From contig JADHTB010000009.1 in NCBI GenBank assembly GCA_016776605.1, positions 31,453 through 95,452 on the forward strand: a stretch of DNA of 64,000 bases, in the 5' to 3' direction. Position 1 is the first letter of the stretch, and every line of letters starts with the position of its first letter. The stretch comes from Alphaproteobacteria bacterium (lineage in GTDB: Bacteria > Pseudomonadota > Alphaproteobacteria > GCA-2731375). The notes beneath the pieces were generated by a model that searched no databases, was not told the origin of the DNA, and worked only from the letters and a program-made list of their open reading frames with translations. The position numbers were made by a program, and so were the translations under genes. Shown here one piece after another: positions 29,755 through 39,275 of this stretch.

Positions 29755-30468
29755 ATGCTGAAAGTGCTTCAAGGTCTTGTTCCATCAACAAAGAAGGCTG
29801 GCTTGGCGGTCGGTATGTCTGTGTTGATTTTCCTGATTGTGTCACTGGGCGTATTGCTAAGTGATGTCACACGGGATGACGTGACAACGCTTCACAACGG
29901 ACTTGACGGCACAAAATTTGCGAATGCGGAAGTGGGCTCGTTCTTTGAAGTTTCGACGGATCGGGTACTTGGGCCTCTGTGTGAAGAGGTGTTTTCTAAC
30001 AATGATCAGAGGCTACGGATTCAATCTAAAATCGTGACTGTAATCAACAAACTTGGAGAGACGCTTCCGCTGCTTACCGCATTGACGAACGCGGTGTCTG
30101 ATCCGCCGGATAATAAGAATAATGGACCCAAAATTTCCAATATCCTGAGTTTGCCGGTAATTGAAAATTCCGTGACGTCGGCGACGCTGTGGGAGTATTC
30201 TCGGAATATAATGAATAACAAAGGCGGTAAATGCAGAAAGTATATTGATACGCGAACGAAATTTAGAGAAGTTAGAATTTGCCCTGTCTCTCGTGTCTGG
30301 AAGAACAAGGGTGGCGAAACTGAAGCGGTCTTCTTTGATTCATATGCGATTAATGGGTGCCCCGGCAATGATCCATCCTGCACCGATAAATGCCCGCAAT
30401 TTGCCACTGAACAGTTCTGGACGACAGTAAAAATACAATTTGATCTGCTCGAATCCCGACACAACTAG
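29755..30468 (+). CDS. Hypothetical membrane-anchored Cys-containing protein, low GC
   Basis: GGAG RBS before ATG 29755; N-terminal hydrophobic segment; 6 Cys; AT-rich codons; no family recognised. Confidence 0.7.
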   Translation: MLKVLQGLVPSTKKAGLAVGMSVLIFLIVSLGVLLSDVTRDDVTTLHNGLDGTKFANAEVGSFFEVSTDRVLGPLCEEVFSNNDQRLRIQSKIVTVINKLGETLPLLTALTNAVSDPPDNKNNGPKISNILSLPVIENSVTSATLWEYSRNIMNNKGGKCRKYIDTRTKFREVRICPVSRVWKNKGGETEAVFFDSYAINGCPGNDPSCTDKCPQFATEQFWTTVKIQFDLLESRHN

Positions 30469-30486
30469 AACAGTTTCAGAACTGCG

Positions 30487-32535
30487 CTAAGCCGCCGCGA
30501 CCTGCACACGGGTATCGTTGTAACAGGCGCCTTCGGACAGATCGGCCTTGGTGGTGGGGGCCAGGGCGGAGACGGTCTGGCCGTTGGTCGTGGTCCGCAT
30601 CCAGGCACCCTTGTATGACAGCAATACGCCCCTGGCCACGCTGTCGGTGATTTTCAAAGGCAGGAAGACTTCGCCAAGGCCGTTGAAGACGCGCACCTGT
30701 TGGCCGTCCGCAAGGCCACGGCTGCCCGCGTCATCGGGATGCATTTCCAGGGTCGGTGTGGGGTCGGACTTGCTCAGACCGCCGAACATGGAATTGGTTC
30801 GCCAATTTGACGACGGCGTCAACAAGGCAAAGGGATAGGTGCCGGCGGTATCCTCGTCTTCCGCCAAGGTTTGGAAACGGGGCAACGGGGCCGCGAAGTT
30901 TTCCTCCAGATAGGCTGATTTCAACTCTATCCTACCGCTTTTGGTGGTTGGTTTGTATTCATAGCCAATCCGCGGCCCAGGGGTGGCCATGGATAACACC
31001 GTCCCCGTCGGCAATTCGCTGGGCCGCACGCCGCCCAGACGAGGATCGTCGCCGTCAATGGCATCGTCTATCAGTTGCGCATCGCTGGCCTGGAAAATCG
31101 GATCGTTGAAGCCAAAACGCCGGGCCAGACGGCGGAAGATTTCCGTATTGGGCAAGGCCTCGCCGACCGGTTCGATGACCGGCGCGGCCCGTTGCAGATA
31201 TTGCTGACCATAGGCGCAGAATATATCGTCATGTTCGAAATGGCTGGCCGCCGGCAGCACCACATCAGCGTAGGCCGCCGAGTCCGTCAGGGCGATATCC
31301 ACCACCACGGTAAAGACATCTTCGCGGGCCAGGCCGCGCCGCATGGTGTTCTGATCGGGGTGCACCACCAACGGATTATGGTTGTAGATCACCAGCCCAC
31401 GGATCGGCGGGTCGATATCGTCATCGGCCAGATGTCGGCCCACATCGATGATGTTCAAGGTGCGCGTCCCCTCGGGGATCAAATCCGGGCGCTGCAAACG
31501 TTTCGGGGTCTTGGGGAATAGAGTGCCCGCGCCACCGATCAGACCGCCGGCGGGATGGCTAAACTTGCCGGTCAGGGCCGGCAGGGCAAAGATCGCACGC
31601 AGACCGGCGCCGCCGTTGCGGTTCCGCTCCAAACCGTTGCCCGAGGCGATCACCGCCGGCTCCGCCGCATGATACATTGCGGCCAGGGTTAGAATGTCCT
31701 CGGCCGGAACACCGGTGATCCCGGCGGCCCGTTCGATGCTGAATTGGCGCGCTTCGGCCATGAAGTCTTCGGCGCCCTCGACCGCATCCGCGATGAATGC
31801 GGCATCGAATGCGCCGCGCCTCTCCAATTCCGCCGCCAGGGCAAAGGCCAGCACCACGTCGGTACCGGGCCGGGGTGCCAGATGCAAATCCGCCTGCTCC
31901 GCCACCTTGATCCGCTTGGGATCCACCACCACCACCTTGCCGCCGCGGTCCCGGATACGCTGGATCACGGGCGCCAGGTGCAGGTTGGAAAAGGTGACAT
32001 TGTTGCCCCAGACCACGATCAACTGGGCGCTTTCCACGTCCTCCATCTGGGCCCCCGCGATGGAGCCAAAGGTGCCCAGCCAGGCCTCCGTCTTGATGCC
32101 GCCGCACAAGGGCCGGCGCGACAGGATCGAGGCGCCCATTTGATGGAAGAAGCGCAGATCCATGGAGCCCATGGCCAACAGACCGTGGGGGCCGGCGTAA
32201 TTCAACGGCAGAATGGTTTGCCGACCGTGTTTCGCAATGGCTTCCTGAAACCTGTCATGGATTAAATCCAGCGCCTCTTCCCACGAAATCGCCTCGAAAC
32301 GGCCCTCGCCCTTGGGGCCGACGCGCTTCAGGGGCCGGGTCAGGCGGTTGGCGCCATGGACAAATTCCGGGTAAAGCTTGGAAACCTTGCCGCAGATCGC
32401 GCCTTGGGTCAGCGGATTGACGTTGGAGCCGCGCACCTTGCTGATCTTGCCGTCTTCCACGGTGACGTCCAGGGAACAGGTATCGGGACAATCCAGGGGG
32501 CAGACACTCGCCATTTGCTGGGCCAAAAGAGACAC
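30487..32535 (-). CDS. Molybdopterin-dependent oxidoreductase, catalytic subunit
   Basis: CPLDCPDTC...C Fe-S motif, RLTRPLKR, ADVVLPAA, MHPDDA; GTG start after AAGGA. Confidence 0.92.
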   Translation of the reverse strand: MSLLAQQMASVCPLDCPDTCSLDVTVEDGKISKVRGSNVNPLTQGAICGKVSKLYPEFVHGANRLTRPLKRVGPKGEGRFEAISWEEALDLIHDRFQEAIAKHGRQTILPLNYAGPHGLLAMGSMDLRFFHQMGASILSRRPLCGGIKTEAWLGTFGSIAGAQMEDVESAQLIVVWGNNVTFSNLHLAPVIQRIRDRGGKVVVVDPKRIKVAEQADLHLAPRPGTDVVLAFALAAELERRGAFDAAFIADAVEGAEDFMAEARQFSIERAAGITGVPAEDILTLAAMYHAAEPAVIASGNGLERNRNGGAGLRAIFALPALTGKFSHPAGGLIGGAGTLFPKTPKRLQRPDLIPEGTRTLNIIDVGRHLADDDIDPPIRGLVIYNHNPLVVHPDQNTMRRGLAREDVFTVVVDIALTDSAAYADVVLPAASHFEHDDIFCAYGQQYLQRAAPVIEPVGEALPNTEIFRRLARRFGFNDPIFQASDAQLIDDAIDGDDPRLGGVRPSELPTGTVLSMATPGPRIGYEYKPTTKSGRIELKSAYLEENFAAPLPRFQTLAEDEDTAGTYPFALLTPSSNWRTNSMFGGLSKSDPTPTLEMHPDDAGSRGLADGQQVRVFNGLGEVFLPLKITDSVARGVLLSYKGAWMRTTTNGQTVSALAPTTKADLSEGACYNDTRVQVAAA

Positions 32536-32799
32536 TCCTTAATCGCATGCTGGATCGGAGGCTGACCATCTTCCAAAAGTGGCTGGAATAAAAGAGCCAT
32601 TTCAGACTATTTTATAGGGCCAATTTATGAGACTGCGGAGCAGCCGAAAATTGCGTCAGATTGAAGCAGCAGGCAGGATCGGCAAATTCGGGCTGTTTGA
32701 TCGCGGCGATTGGTGAAACAATTCCCCTGATGATACCGGATACCGATGCCGGATACCGGCGGCACGCACGGCGCCCCGCGCCGATAAAGGAGGCAGTCC

Positions 32800-33216
32800 A
32801 TGACGAAGAAAATCAGCCATATAGGCATTCTAGTGCACGACGCGGACGCCGCCGTCACGCACTGGACGGAAGCGTTCGGTTTCAAGAGGTTCGAGGACCG
32901 CAGGATCGAGGTTGAAGGTATCCGCAGCGTTTTCATTTCCGTCGGCGGAAGCTGGGACGAAATGGTCATCGAGATCATGGAGCCCTTGGACAAATCGAAC
33001 ATGGAGAACGCCTTGTCCCGGCGCCTGGCCAAGGTTGGCGAAGGCTTTTACCACATCTGCCTGGAAGTCGATGATGTGGAGGGCAGCGGCAAGGCGTTGC
33101 GCGACCGCGGCATGACCGTGTTGATGCGCGATCCGACCGAACCCGGCGCCTCGCCCCGATGGCTGGTCCACCCCAAGGACGCCAACGGCGTCATGGTTGA
33201 GGCCCTCAAGCGCTAG
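32800..33216 (+). CDS. VOC family protein (methylmalonyl-CoA epimerase-like)
   Basis: HIGILV, EIMEP, GEGFYHICLEVDD, HPKDANGVMVE; AAGGAGG RBS. Confidence 0.88.
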   Translation: MTKKISHIGILVHDADAAVTHWTEAFGFKRFEDRRIEVEGIRSVFISVGGSWDEMVIEIMEPLDKSNMENALSRRLAKVGEGFYHICLEVDDVEGSGKALRDRGMTVLMRDPTEPGASPRWLVHPKDANGVMVEALKR

Positions 33217-33240
33217 AGCAGAGGCGGTGGCAGAAGCGGG

Positions 33241-33257
33241 GGCGGGGCAGCCCCGCC
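33241..33257. terminator. GC hairpin between convergent genes
   Basis: GGCGGGG-CAG-CCCCGCC. Confidence 0.45.
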
Positions 33258-33991
33258 TACAACTTGGCATACAGCGCGAATAACCGTTCCCAATGACGCT
33301 CGGCGGCGTCTCTGTCGTAAACCTTGCGGTCCGGAAAGGCGAAGCCGTGATGCACGCCCGGTTGGATTTCGATCTCGCCCGGCGCGCCCGCCGCCTCGAA
33401 CAACCGGCGCAATTCGTCGACCATGTCGAGAGGTGCGAGGGCATCATGTTCGGCACACGAGATATAGATCTCGCCCTTGACCTGGGCAAAGGTCAGATGC
33501 GGGCTTTCCTCGGCGTCATTAACCAGCCAGGTGCCGTAAAACGAGGCGGCGGCCTTGACCCGGTCGGGATAGCGCGCGGCGGCGGCCAGGGCATAGGGGC
33601 CGCTCATGCAATAGCCGTGCGCACCCACCGGCCCCGCCTTGGCCATATCCTGGCCGTCCACATAGGCCAGCATGGCACCGACATCCTCCATCACCGGGGG
33701 AATGGTCATCTTGGTGCGGACGGCGCGCATGGCGGTGTGGTCATCGCTGCCCGCCTCCAGCACCGTCGGCCCATACATGGTGTCCCGGCCGGCCCGATAG
33801 TACAGATTGGGCAGCAGCACATAGTAACCCACCGTCGCCAGGCGCCGCGCCATGTCGCGCAGTTCCTCGCGGATGCCCGGCGCATCCATCAGCAGAAATA
33901 TCGCCGGATATGGCCCACCCCGTTCGGGATGGCAGACAAAGGTCTCCATCGCGCCGTCTTTGGTGGTGATATCCAATGTCGCTTCAATCAT
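33257..33991 (-). CDS. Dienelactone hydrolase family protein
   Basis: MDAPGIR, GYCMSG nucleophile elbow, HHGFAF. Confidence 0.92.
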   Translation of the reverse strand: MIEATLDITTKDGAMETFVCHPERGGPYPAIFLLMDAPGIREELRDMARRLATVGYYVLLPNLYYRAGRDTMYGPTVLEAGSDDHTAMRAVRTKMTIPPVMEDVGAMLAYVDGQDMAKAGPVGAHGYCMSGPYALAAAARYPDRVKAAASFYGTWLVNDAEESPHLTFAQVKGEIYISCAEHDALAPLDMVDELRRLFEAAGAPGEIEIQPGVHHGFAFPDRKVYDRDAAERHWERLFALYAKL

Positions 33992-34092
33992 TTTGCCGGC
34001 TCCCCATTTTTTTTATGCTGGCGTGACTATATGGTAAAACGGATTTTCAATGGCATACTATGACCCGACAATAAATTGGGAAGGGTACGACC

Positions 34093-35136
34093 ATGGCGCA
34101 TACCGATGACTGGCTGGCACTGACAACGGAAGCGACCCTGGAACCGGATTTGCCGATCTGCGATCCCCATCACCACCTTTGGGATGCGAGCATTGATCCC
34201 GCCGCGCAATTCCGCAACGATCAGGTGGAAAGCCGCTATCTGCTGGATGAATGGCTGGCCGATATTAACAGCGGCCATAATGTGGTCTCGACCATTTTCA
34301 TCGAATGCGGCTCCATGTACCGGGCCGATGGCCCCGCTGCCATGCGGCCGGTGGGCGAGACGGAATTCGTCAACGGCATCGCCGCCATGAGCGCCTCGGG
34401 CCTGTATGGCCCCGCCCGCGTTGCCGCCGGTATCGTCGGCTTGGCTAATCTGAATTTGGGCGCCGGCGTCAGGGAGGTGCTGGAGGCTCATATCACCCTG
34501 GGCGGCGGGCGCTTTCGCGGCATTCGCCATGCCGCCGCCTGGGACGCCAGCGATGAAATTCGCAATTCCCACACCAAACCGACCCCGGGCATGCTGGCGG
34601 ACCCCACCTTCCGTGAAGGCTTCGCCCAACTGGCGCCCCTGGAGATGACGTTCGAGGCCTGGTGCTATCACACCCAGATCCGGGAGATGACGGATCTGGC
34701 CCGGGCTTTCCCCGACACCACGATGATTTTGAACCATTTCGGCGGGCCCATCGGGATCGGTCCCTATACCGGCAAACGCGAGGAAATTCTGGCCCAGTGG
34801 CGCCTCGATATTGATGAACTGGCGAAATGCCCCAACGTGGTGGCGAAGCTGGGCGGCATTAATATGAAGGTCAATGGCTATGACTGGGATTTACAGGCCC
34901 AGCCCCCCGGCAGCGAGGCGCTGGCCGCCGCGACGCGGGTCTATTACGACCATTGCATGGACCGTTTCGGGGTGGAGCGGTGCATGTTCGAATCTAATTT
35001 CCCGGTGGACAAGCGGACCTGCAGCTACAACGTGCTGTGGAATACCTTCAAACGCATCGCGTCGGGTTGTTCGGCAGGGGAAAAAGCCTCTCTTTTCCAC
35101 GACACCGCCGCGCGGGTCTATCGGGTCAATGACTAA
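34093..35136 (+). CDS. Amidohydrolase family 2 protein
   Basis: DPHHHLW, FRGIRH, ILNHFGGP, MFESNFPVD. Confidence 0.92.
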   Translation: MAHTDDWLALTTEATLEPDLPICDPHHHLWDASIDPAAQFRNDQVESRYLLDEWLADINSGHNVVSTIFIECGSMYRADGPAAMRPVGETEFVNGIAAMSASGLYGPARVAAGIVGLANLNLGAGVREVLEAHITLGGGRFRGIRHAAAWDASDEIRNSHTKPTPGMLADPTFREGFAQLAPLEMTFEAWCYHTQIREMTDLARAFPDTTMILNHFGGPIGIGPYTGKREEILAQWRLDIDELAKCPNVVAKLGGINMKVNGYDWDLQAQPPGSEALAAATRVYYDHCMDRFGVERCMFESNFPVDKRTCSYNVLWNTFKRIASGCSAGEKASLFHDTAARVYRVND

Positions 35137-35154
35137 TCAGTATCGGATGAAAGC

Positions 35155-36051
35155 ATGACCGAGAAAATTGCGGTAATTGGCATGGGCCAGATGGGCTCCG
35201 CCATGGCCCGGCGGTTGAGCGAGTCCCAGCGGGACGTGATGGGTTACGACATCAACGAAACCGTGCGCCAAAACCTGGCGGCGCAGGGCGTGAATATGGC
35301 CGATAGTCTGGCCGCCGCCCTGGCCGGGCGCACCACCGTCCTAACCTCGCTGCCAGACCCGAAAGCCGTGCACGAGGCCTGGCTGGGGACCGGCGGCATC
35401 GCCGCCCTGGCCGAACCGGGCAGTTTGCTGGTGGAATTGAGCACCATCGATCCCGATACCATGAAAGCCGTGGGCGGTCAGGCGACAGCGCTGGGCCACG
35501 CGGTTCTGGACTGCCCGGTCAGCGGCAGCCCGAACGAGGCCGGCACCGGCAAGTTGGTATTATTGGTGGGTGGCGAGGCAGCGGTACTGGAACGCGCCGG
35601 GCCTTTGTTTGATATTCTGGGACAGACCTGGCAGCACACCGGTGCGGTCGGCACCGCCAAGGTGGTCAAAATCGTCAACAATATGATGTCCATGGGCAAC
35701 GTCCTGGTCGCCTCGGAGGCATTTGCCCTGGGCGTCGCCGCCGGCGTCGATCAGCAAAGGCTGTTCGAGGTGATCTCCGTCTCCGGCGGCCGCTCGCACC
35801 ATTTCACCAAACGTTTCCCCAACGCCCTGAAGGACGATTTCGCCCCTGGCTTCAAGATGGAACTGGGCGAAAAGGACCTCTCCCTGGGCATCGATCTGGG
35901 CCGCGCCATGAAAATGCCCACCCCCACCGCCTCCCTGGCCCGCGAGATGTACGCCCTGGCCCTGGCCGAAGGCTACAGGGGTCAGGATATCGTCGCGTTG
36001 ATGGACATGTACCGCCAATGGGCCAAGGGCCGCGGGACGTCAGAAGAATAA
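35155..36051 (+). CDS. 3-hydroxyisobutyrate dehydrogenase family NAD(P)-dependent oxidoreductase
   Basis: IGMGQMG, DCPVSG, KIVNN, KDL. Confidence 0.9.
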   Translation: MTEKIAVIGMGQMGSAMARRLSESQRDVMGYDINETVRQNLAAQGVNMADSLAAALAGRTTVLTSLPDPKAVHEAWLGTGGIAALAEPGSLLVELSTIDPDTMKAVGGQATALGHAVLDCPVSGSPNEAGTGKLVLLVGGEAAVLERAGPLFDILGQTWQHTGAVGTAKVVKIVNNMMSMGNVLVASEAFALGVAAGVDQQRLFEVISVSGGRSHHFTKRFPNALKDDFAPGFKMELGEKDLSLGIDLGRAMKMPTPTASLAREMYALALAEGYRGQDIVALMDMYRQWAKGRGTSEE

Positions 36052-36084
36052 CGCCTGGGTCCATGGCGCCCCGTAAACAACAGG

Positions 36085-36456
36085 CTAATTCGCGGCGTAA
36101 AAGGCCAGTTTATTGCCGTCCAGGTCGCGTGCGTACGCAAAGGTCATGCCGCCGCCGCCCCTCGGGCCGACTTCGCCTTCATCGCGGCCGCCCAATGCCA
36201 ACGCCTTGGCATGAAGTTTCGCCACGGTTTCGGCATCGTCCACCATAAGAGCCACCATGGTGCCGTTGCCAGCGCTGGCGGGCTGGCCGTCAAAGGGCTT
36301 GATAACGCCAAGCATGGCGGCGCCCGCCTTGCTCGACCACAGCACCAGACGTTCGTTCGGGACAATTTTCTTCAGCCCCAGATCGGCAAACAGGGCATCG
36401 TAAAATGCCGTGGCTTTTTCGAGATCGTTGGTTCCAAGGGTGGTGTAGCCGATCAT
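36085..36456 (-). CDS. VOC family protein
   Basis: MIGYTTLGTNDL, GNGTMVAL, YARDLDGNKL. Confidence 0.9.
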   Translation of the reverse strand: MIGYTTLGTNDLEKATAFYDALFADLGLKKIVPNERLVLWSSKAGAAMLGVIKPFDGQPASAGNGTMVALMVDDAETVAKLHAKALALGGRDEGEVGPRGGGGMTFAYARDLDGNKLAFYAAN

Positions 36457-36543
36457 GGTTCAGGTATCCTTTGTGATTGAATGAGGCGATTTGCATTGGA
36501 ATATGACGAATAAATCCGCTCAGGTCTGGTTTTTTTGCTGCCG

Positions 36544-37065
36544 CTAAGCTTCCATCAGAATTGGCAGGGCCTGGGCATAGGCGGCCTCGGCCAGGGTCTT
36601 GATTTCAGGCAAGGTGCGGCTGCCGATGGGGTGCTCGACCATGATGAAGGGATAATCGGGCAGACCCAGCATGCGGGCAATGTTCCTGACCGTCACCTCG
36701 AACGGTTCGGTACAGACAACAACCGCACGCTTGCCTAGTTGTTCGAAGCTGATGCCGTCATGCAAACTGCACGTTGAGCAACTGCCTCAATCTCCCAGAC
36801 CGGTAATCAGGAAATCCACGTCATTTGCGGCCGCCTGCAATGTTTTGCCGGGTGCGGGCGCCGAGGCATTGCTCTTTGAGAAGATCGGTAGAATGATGCA
36901 GCCATGGCGCTGTTCGAACAGCGCCGCGGTCTCCCGCAGCATGTTGGTGGCGTTTAGCTTACCATTCTCCAACAGCCCGATGGTCTTGCCCTCCAGGTCC
37001 GGCAACGGCGCTGCGCGGGCATAATTCCGCTCCGGCCCCGTTACGGTAGGGTCATAGAGTTGCAT
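36544..37065 (-). CDS. UGSC-family protein with in-frame TGA at 36789-36787; probable selenoprotein (GLGD-U-GSCSTC), 173 aa
   Basis: GGAGGAG RBS, ATG 37065; ORFs 36787..37206 and 36544..36765 are in the same frame and join as ITGLGD-TGA-GSCSTCSLHDG. Confidence 0.88.
36759..36773 (-). promoter_or_regulatory. Candidate bacterial SECIS upper stem-loop for the TGA at 36789
   Basis: mRNA CGUGCA-GUU-UGCAUG; the loop G lies 20 nt after the UGA. Confidence 0.6.
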
Positions 37066-37108
37066 GTTTCTCCTCCAATCATTGTTCTTGCTGCTGTCAT
37101 GGCAGCAA

Positions 37109-38188
37109 TTAGTCGCAATCAATGCAGACGCCAATGGGCTTCGACTGCATGATCGAGCTGCGGCCGCGACTCCAGGACGGGATAAAGCACGAGTGGCCCC
37201 CGGCATCGCCGCCGCCCATGACCACCAGAATATCGTCCGGGCTTAATCCCCGGTGCATCTTGCCGGCCTCCACCAGGGGGCTGCCGCCGCCCTCTTCGTG
37301 CTGTTTATCGTACTCGCGCTGCCTATATTTGCCGACCGACTGCATACCTTTGACCGTGCGGGTCGCTTGGCAGAAAAGGAATTCCCGCACTTGTTTCTTG
37401 CTCCAGCCGGTAGAGGCAATAACCCGGACATGCTCCGGCGACAGCACGACAACCGATTGGCCAAGCGTAATACAGCCATAATTGGCCATCGCGTCGGCAA
37501 TGGAGCCCAGGACCTGCTCCGGTGTGTTGCCGCCGTGGTTTTCCACATTGCAAAAACCACCACCCGCGAACACGGTCACGCTGCTGACGCCTGGGGGATA
37601 GTCCAGATCTTCGACCAGCAGGGGCCAGGGATTGCCCCGCGACCGCTCGGCGATACAAAAGCTGAACTTGCCGGGATTGCCCTGGGTCGATTTGTCGGAT
37701 ACGCCCGGGATCATCCGGAACACATTCATTAGGATCAGGCGCACGGCACGGCCGATGGTGGCGTTGGCGCGGTTACCGGGGCCGAACAGGTTCACATCGG
37801 CATTCATGCCGATATCGTCGATCACAGGTCCGCTGACCACCAGCAAGGGCGCCGAGCCCCCCGTACTGGCGGTCGAGCCATGAAAATTGAAGCCCGGTTC
37901 GTTCATCGCCTCGATCGCCGCAACGACGACGGGGAAGAATTCCGGCTTGCAGCCGGCCATGACCGCATTCACCGCCGCCGCGTGCGCTGTGCATTCAAAT
38001 CCCGTGGCCGGATGGGCCGCCAGCACGGTTTCCGGCGGCCGCCCCTCAAACAACAGCATCGCCTCGACGCGCTGCACGTCCGGCGGAACAACCGGCAAGC
38101 CGTCGGTCCAGCCTTGCTCGTAGCAATAGTCGATAGCGGCCAACAGATCGTCCTCGACCTCATGGATCCGGGCTGTCGCGTGCGCCAT
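37109..38188 (-). CDS. Conserved protein of the type that accompanies UGSC selenoproteins; C-terminal CIDCD
   Basis: GWTDGLPVVPP, AVNAVMAGC, RANATIGRA, GNPGK; directly upstream of the UGSC gene. Confidence 0.8.
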   Translation of the reverse strand: MAHATARIHEVEDDLLAAIDYCYEQGWTDGLPVVPPDVQRVEAMLLFEGRPPETVLAAHPATGFECTAHAAAVNAVMAGCKPEFFPVVVAAIEAMNEPGFNFHGSTASTGGSAPLLVVSGPVIDDIGMNADVNLFGPGNRANATIGRAVRLILMNVFRMIPGVSDKSTQGNPGKFSFCIAERSRGNPWPLLVEDLDYPPGVSSVTVFAGGGFCNVENHGGNTPEQVLGSIADAMANYGCITLGQSVVVLSPEHVRVIASTGWSKKQVREFLFCQATRTVKGMQSVGKYRQREYDKQHEEGGGSPLVEAGKMHRGLSPDDILVVMGGGDAGGHSCFIPSWSRGRSSIMQSKPIGVCIDCD

Positions 38189-38342
38189 GGCATATCTCCC
38201 AACGTTGCGTCCCTGGCAGGCAGAATACACCTTGGCCAAATTCAGTGGGCAAAATTTATAAAGGTGCAAATCCAGCGGCTTTGCCCGATCATATGGCAGC
38301 AATGGGTCGAAATCGACGTTGTATCCTCGGAAAGGAGTTCTC

Positions 38343-39164
38343 GTGAGCATAACCGTCACACCAATCACCGGCGCCCTGGGGGCGGAAATTGGTGGGGTGA
38401 ACGTCGCCGAAGACCTGGATGACGGCACCGTCGCGGCGATCCGCCAGGCCCTGCTGGATCATGGCGTGATCTTTTTCCGGGACCAGACCCTGGACGTGGA
38501 AAGCCACAAGGCGTTCACCCGGCGCTTTGGCGAATTGTTCGTGCATCCCAACTTTCAGTTCGGCCAGGAAAATCCAGAGATGGTGTATGTGCGCCGGGAA
38601 CCGGGTGACGCAAAGGTCGTGGGCGGGGATTGGCATGCGGACACCACCATGATGGCCACGCCGCCCATGGCTGCGATCCTGTACGCCATGGAAGTGCCCG
38701 CGGTAGGCGGTGATACCCTGTTCGCCAATCAATACCTGGCCTACGAGGCATTGTCCGATGGCATGAAGCGGCTATTGGCGCCGCTGCGCGCGGTGCATAA
38801 CGACAGCCGCGTCGCCGGGCCCCAGGCAGGACTTAACGCCCAGCGCGCCAGTCAGATACGCGAGGACGATGCCTGGCGAAAGACCGAAAGCATCCATCCG
38901 GTGGTGCGCAGCCACCCCGAAACCGGCCGGAAACATCTGTTCGTGAACCGGGTGTATGTGCACAATTTCGAGGGCATGACCGTGGCCGAGAGCCAGCCGC
39001 TGCTGGATTATCTATATGCGCACGCGGTCCGGCCCGAATTTACCTGCCGCTTTCGCTGGCGGCCCGGCTCCATCGCCTTTTGGGATAACCGCTGCGTCCT
39101 GCACCTGGCGGTGCATGACAACCACGACGACGCCCGCCACATGCGGCGCACCCAAATCGCCTAA
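38343..39164 (+). CDS. TauD family Fe(II)/2-oxoglutarate dioxygenase
   Basis: WHADTT, GGDTLFAN, HPVVRSHPETGRK, FWDNRCVLH; GTG start after AAAGGAG. Confidence 0.92.
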   Translation: MSITVTPITGALGAEIGGVNVAEDLDDGTVAAIRQALLDHGVIFFRDQTLDVESHKAFTRRFGELFVHPNFQFGQENPEMVYVRREPGDAKVVGGDWHADTTMMATPPMAAILYAMEVPAVGGDTLFANQYLAYEALSDGMKRLLAPLRAVHNDSRVAGPQAGLNAQRASQIREDDAWRKTESIHPVVRSHPETGRKHLFVNRVYVHNFEGMTVAESQPLLDYLYAHAVRPEFTCRFRWRPGSIAFWDNRCVLHLAVHDNHDDARHMRRTQIA

Positions 39165-39275
39165 TATCCATAGGCGAAGTTTATTTTGGACGTATCTAGT
39201 GGGAGGGCTGGATCGTATCCTGTCCGGACAAAATCGGCCGACACCGTTTTAAACTTTTAAATCAGAAGACTGACC

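Noticed and set aside
6630..36789. Genome-wide reassignment of TGA to Trp or Gly as the cause of the in-frame TGAs
   Set aside because: TGA ends several full-length genes here (aminotransferase, ACAD, hisG, manC), and both internal TGAs fall at Cys-equivalent redox positions
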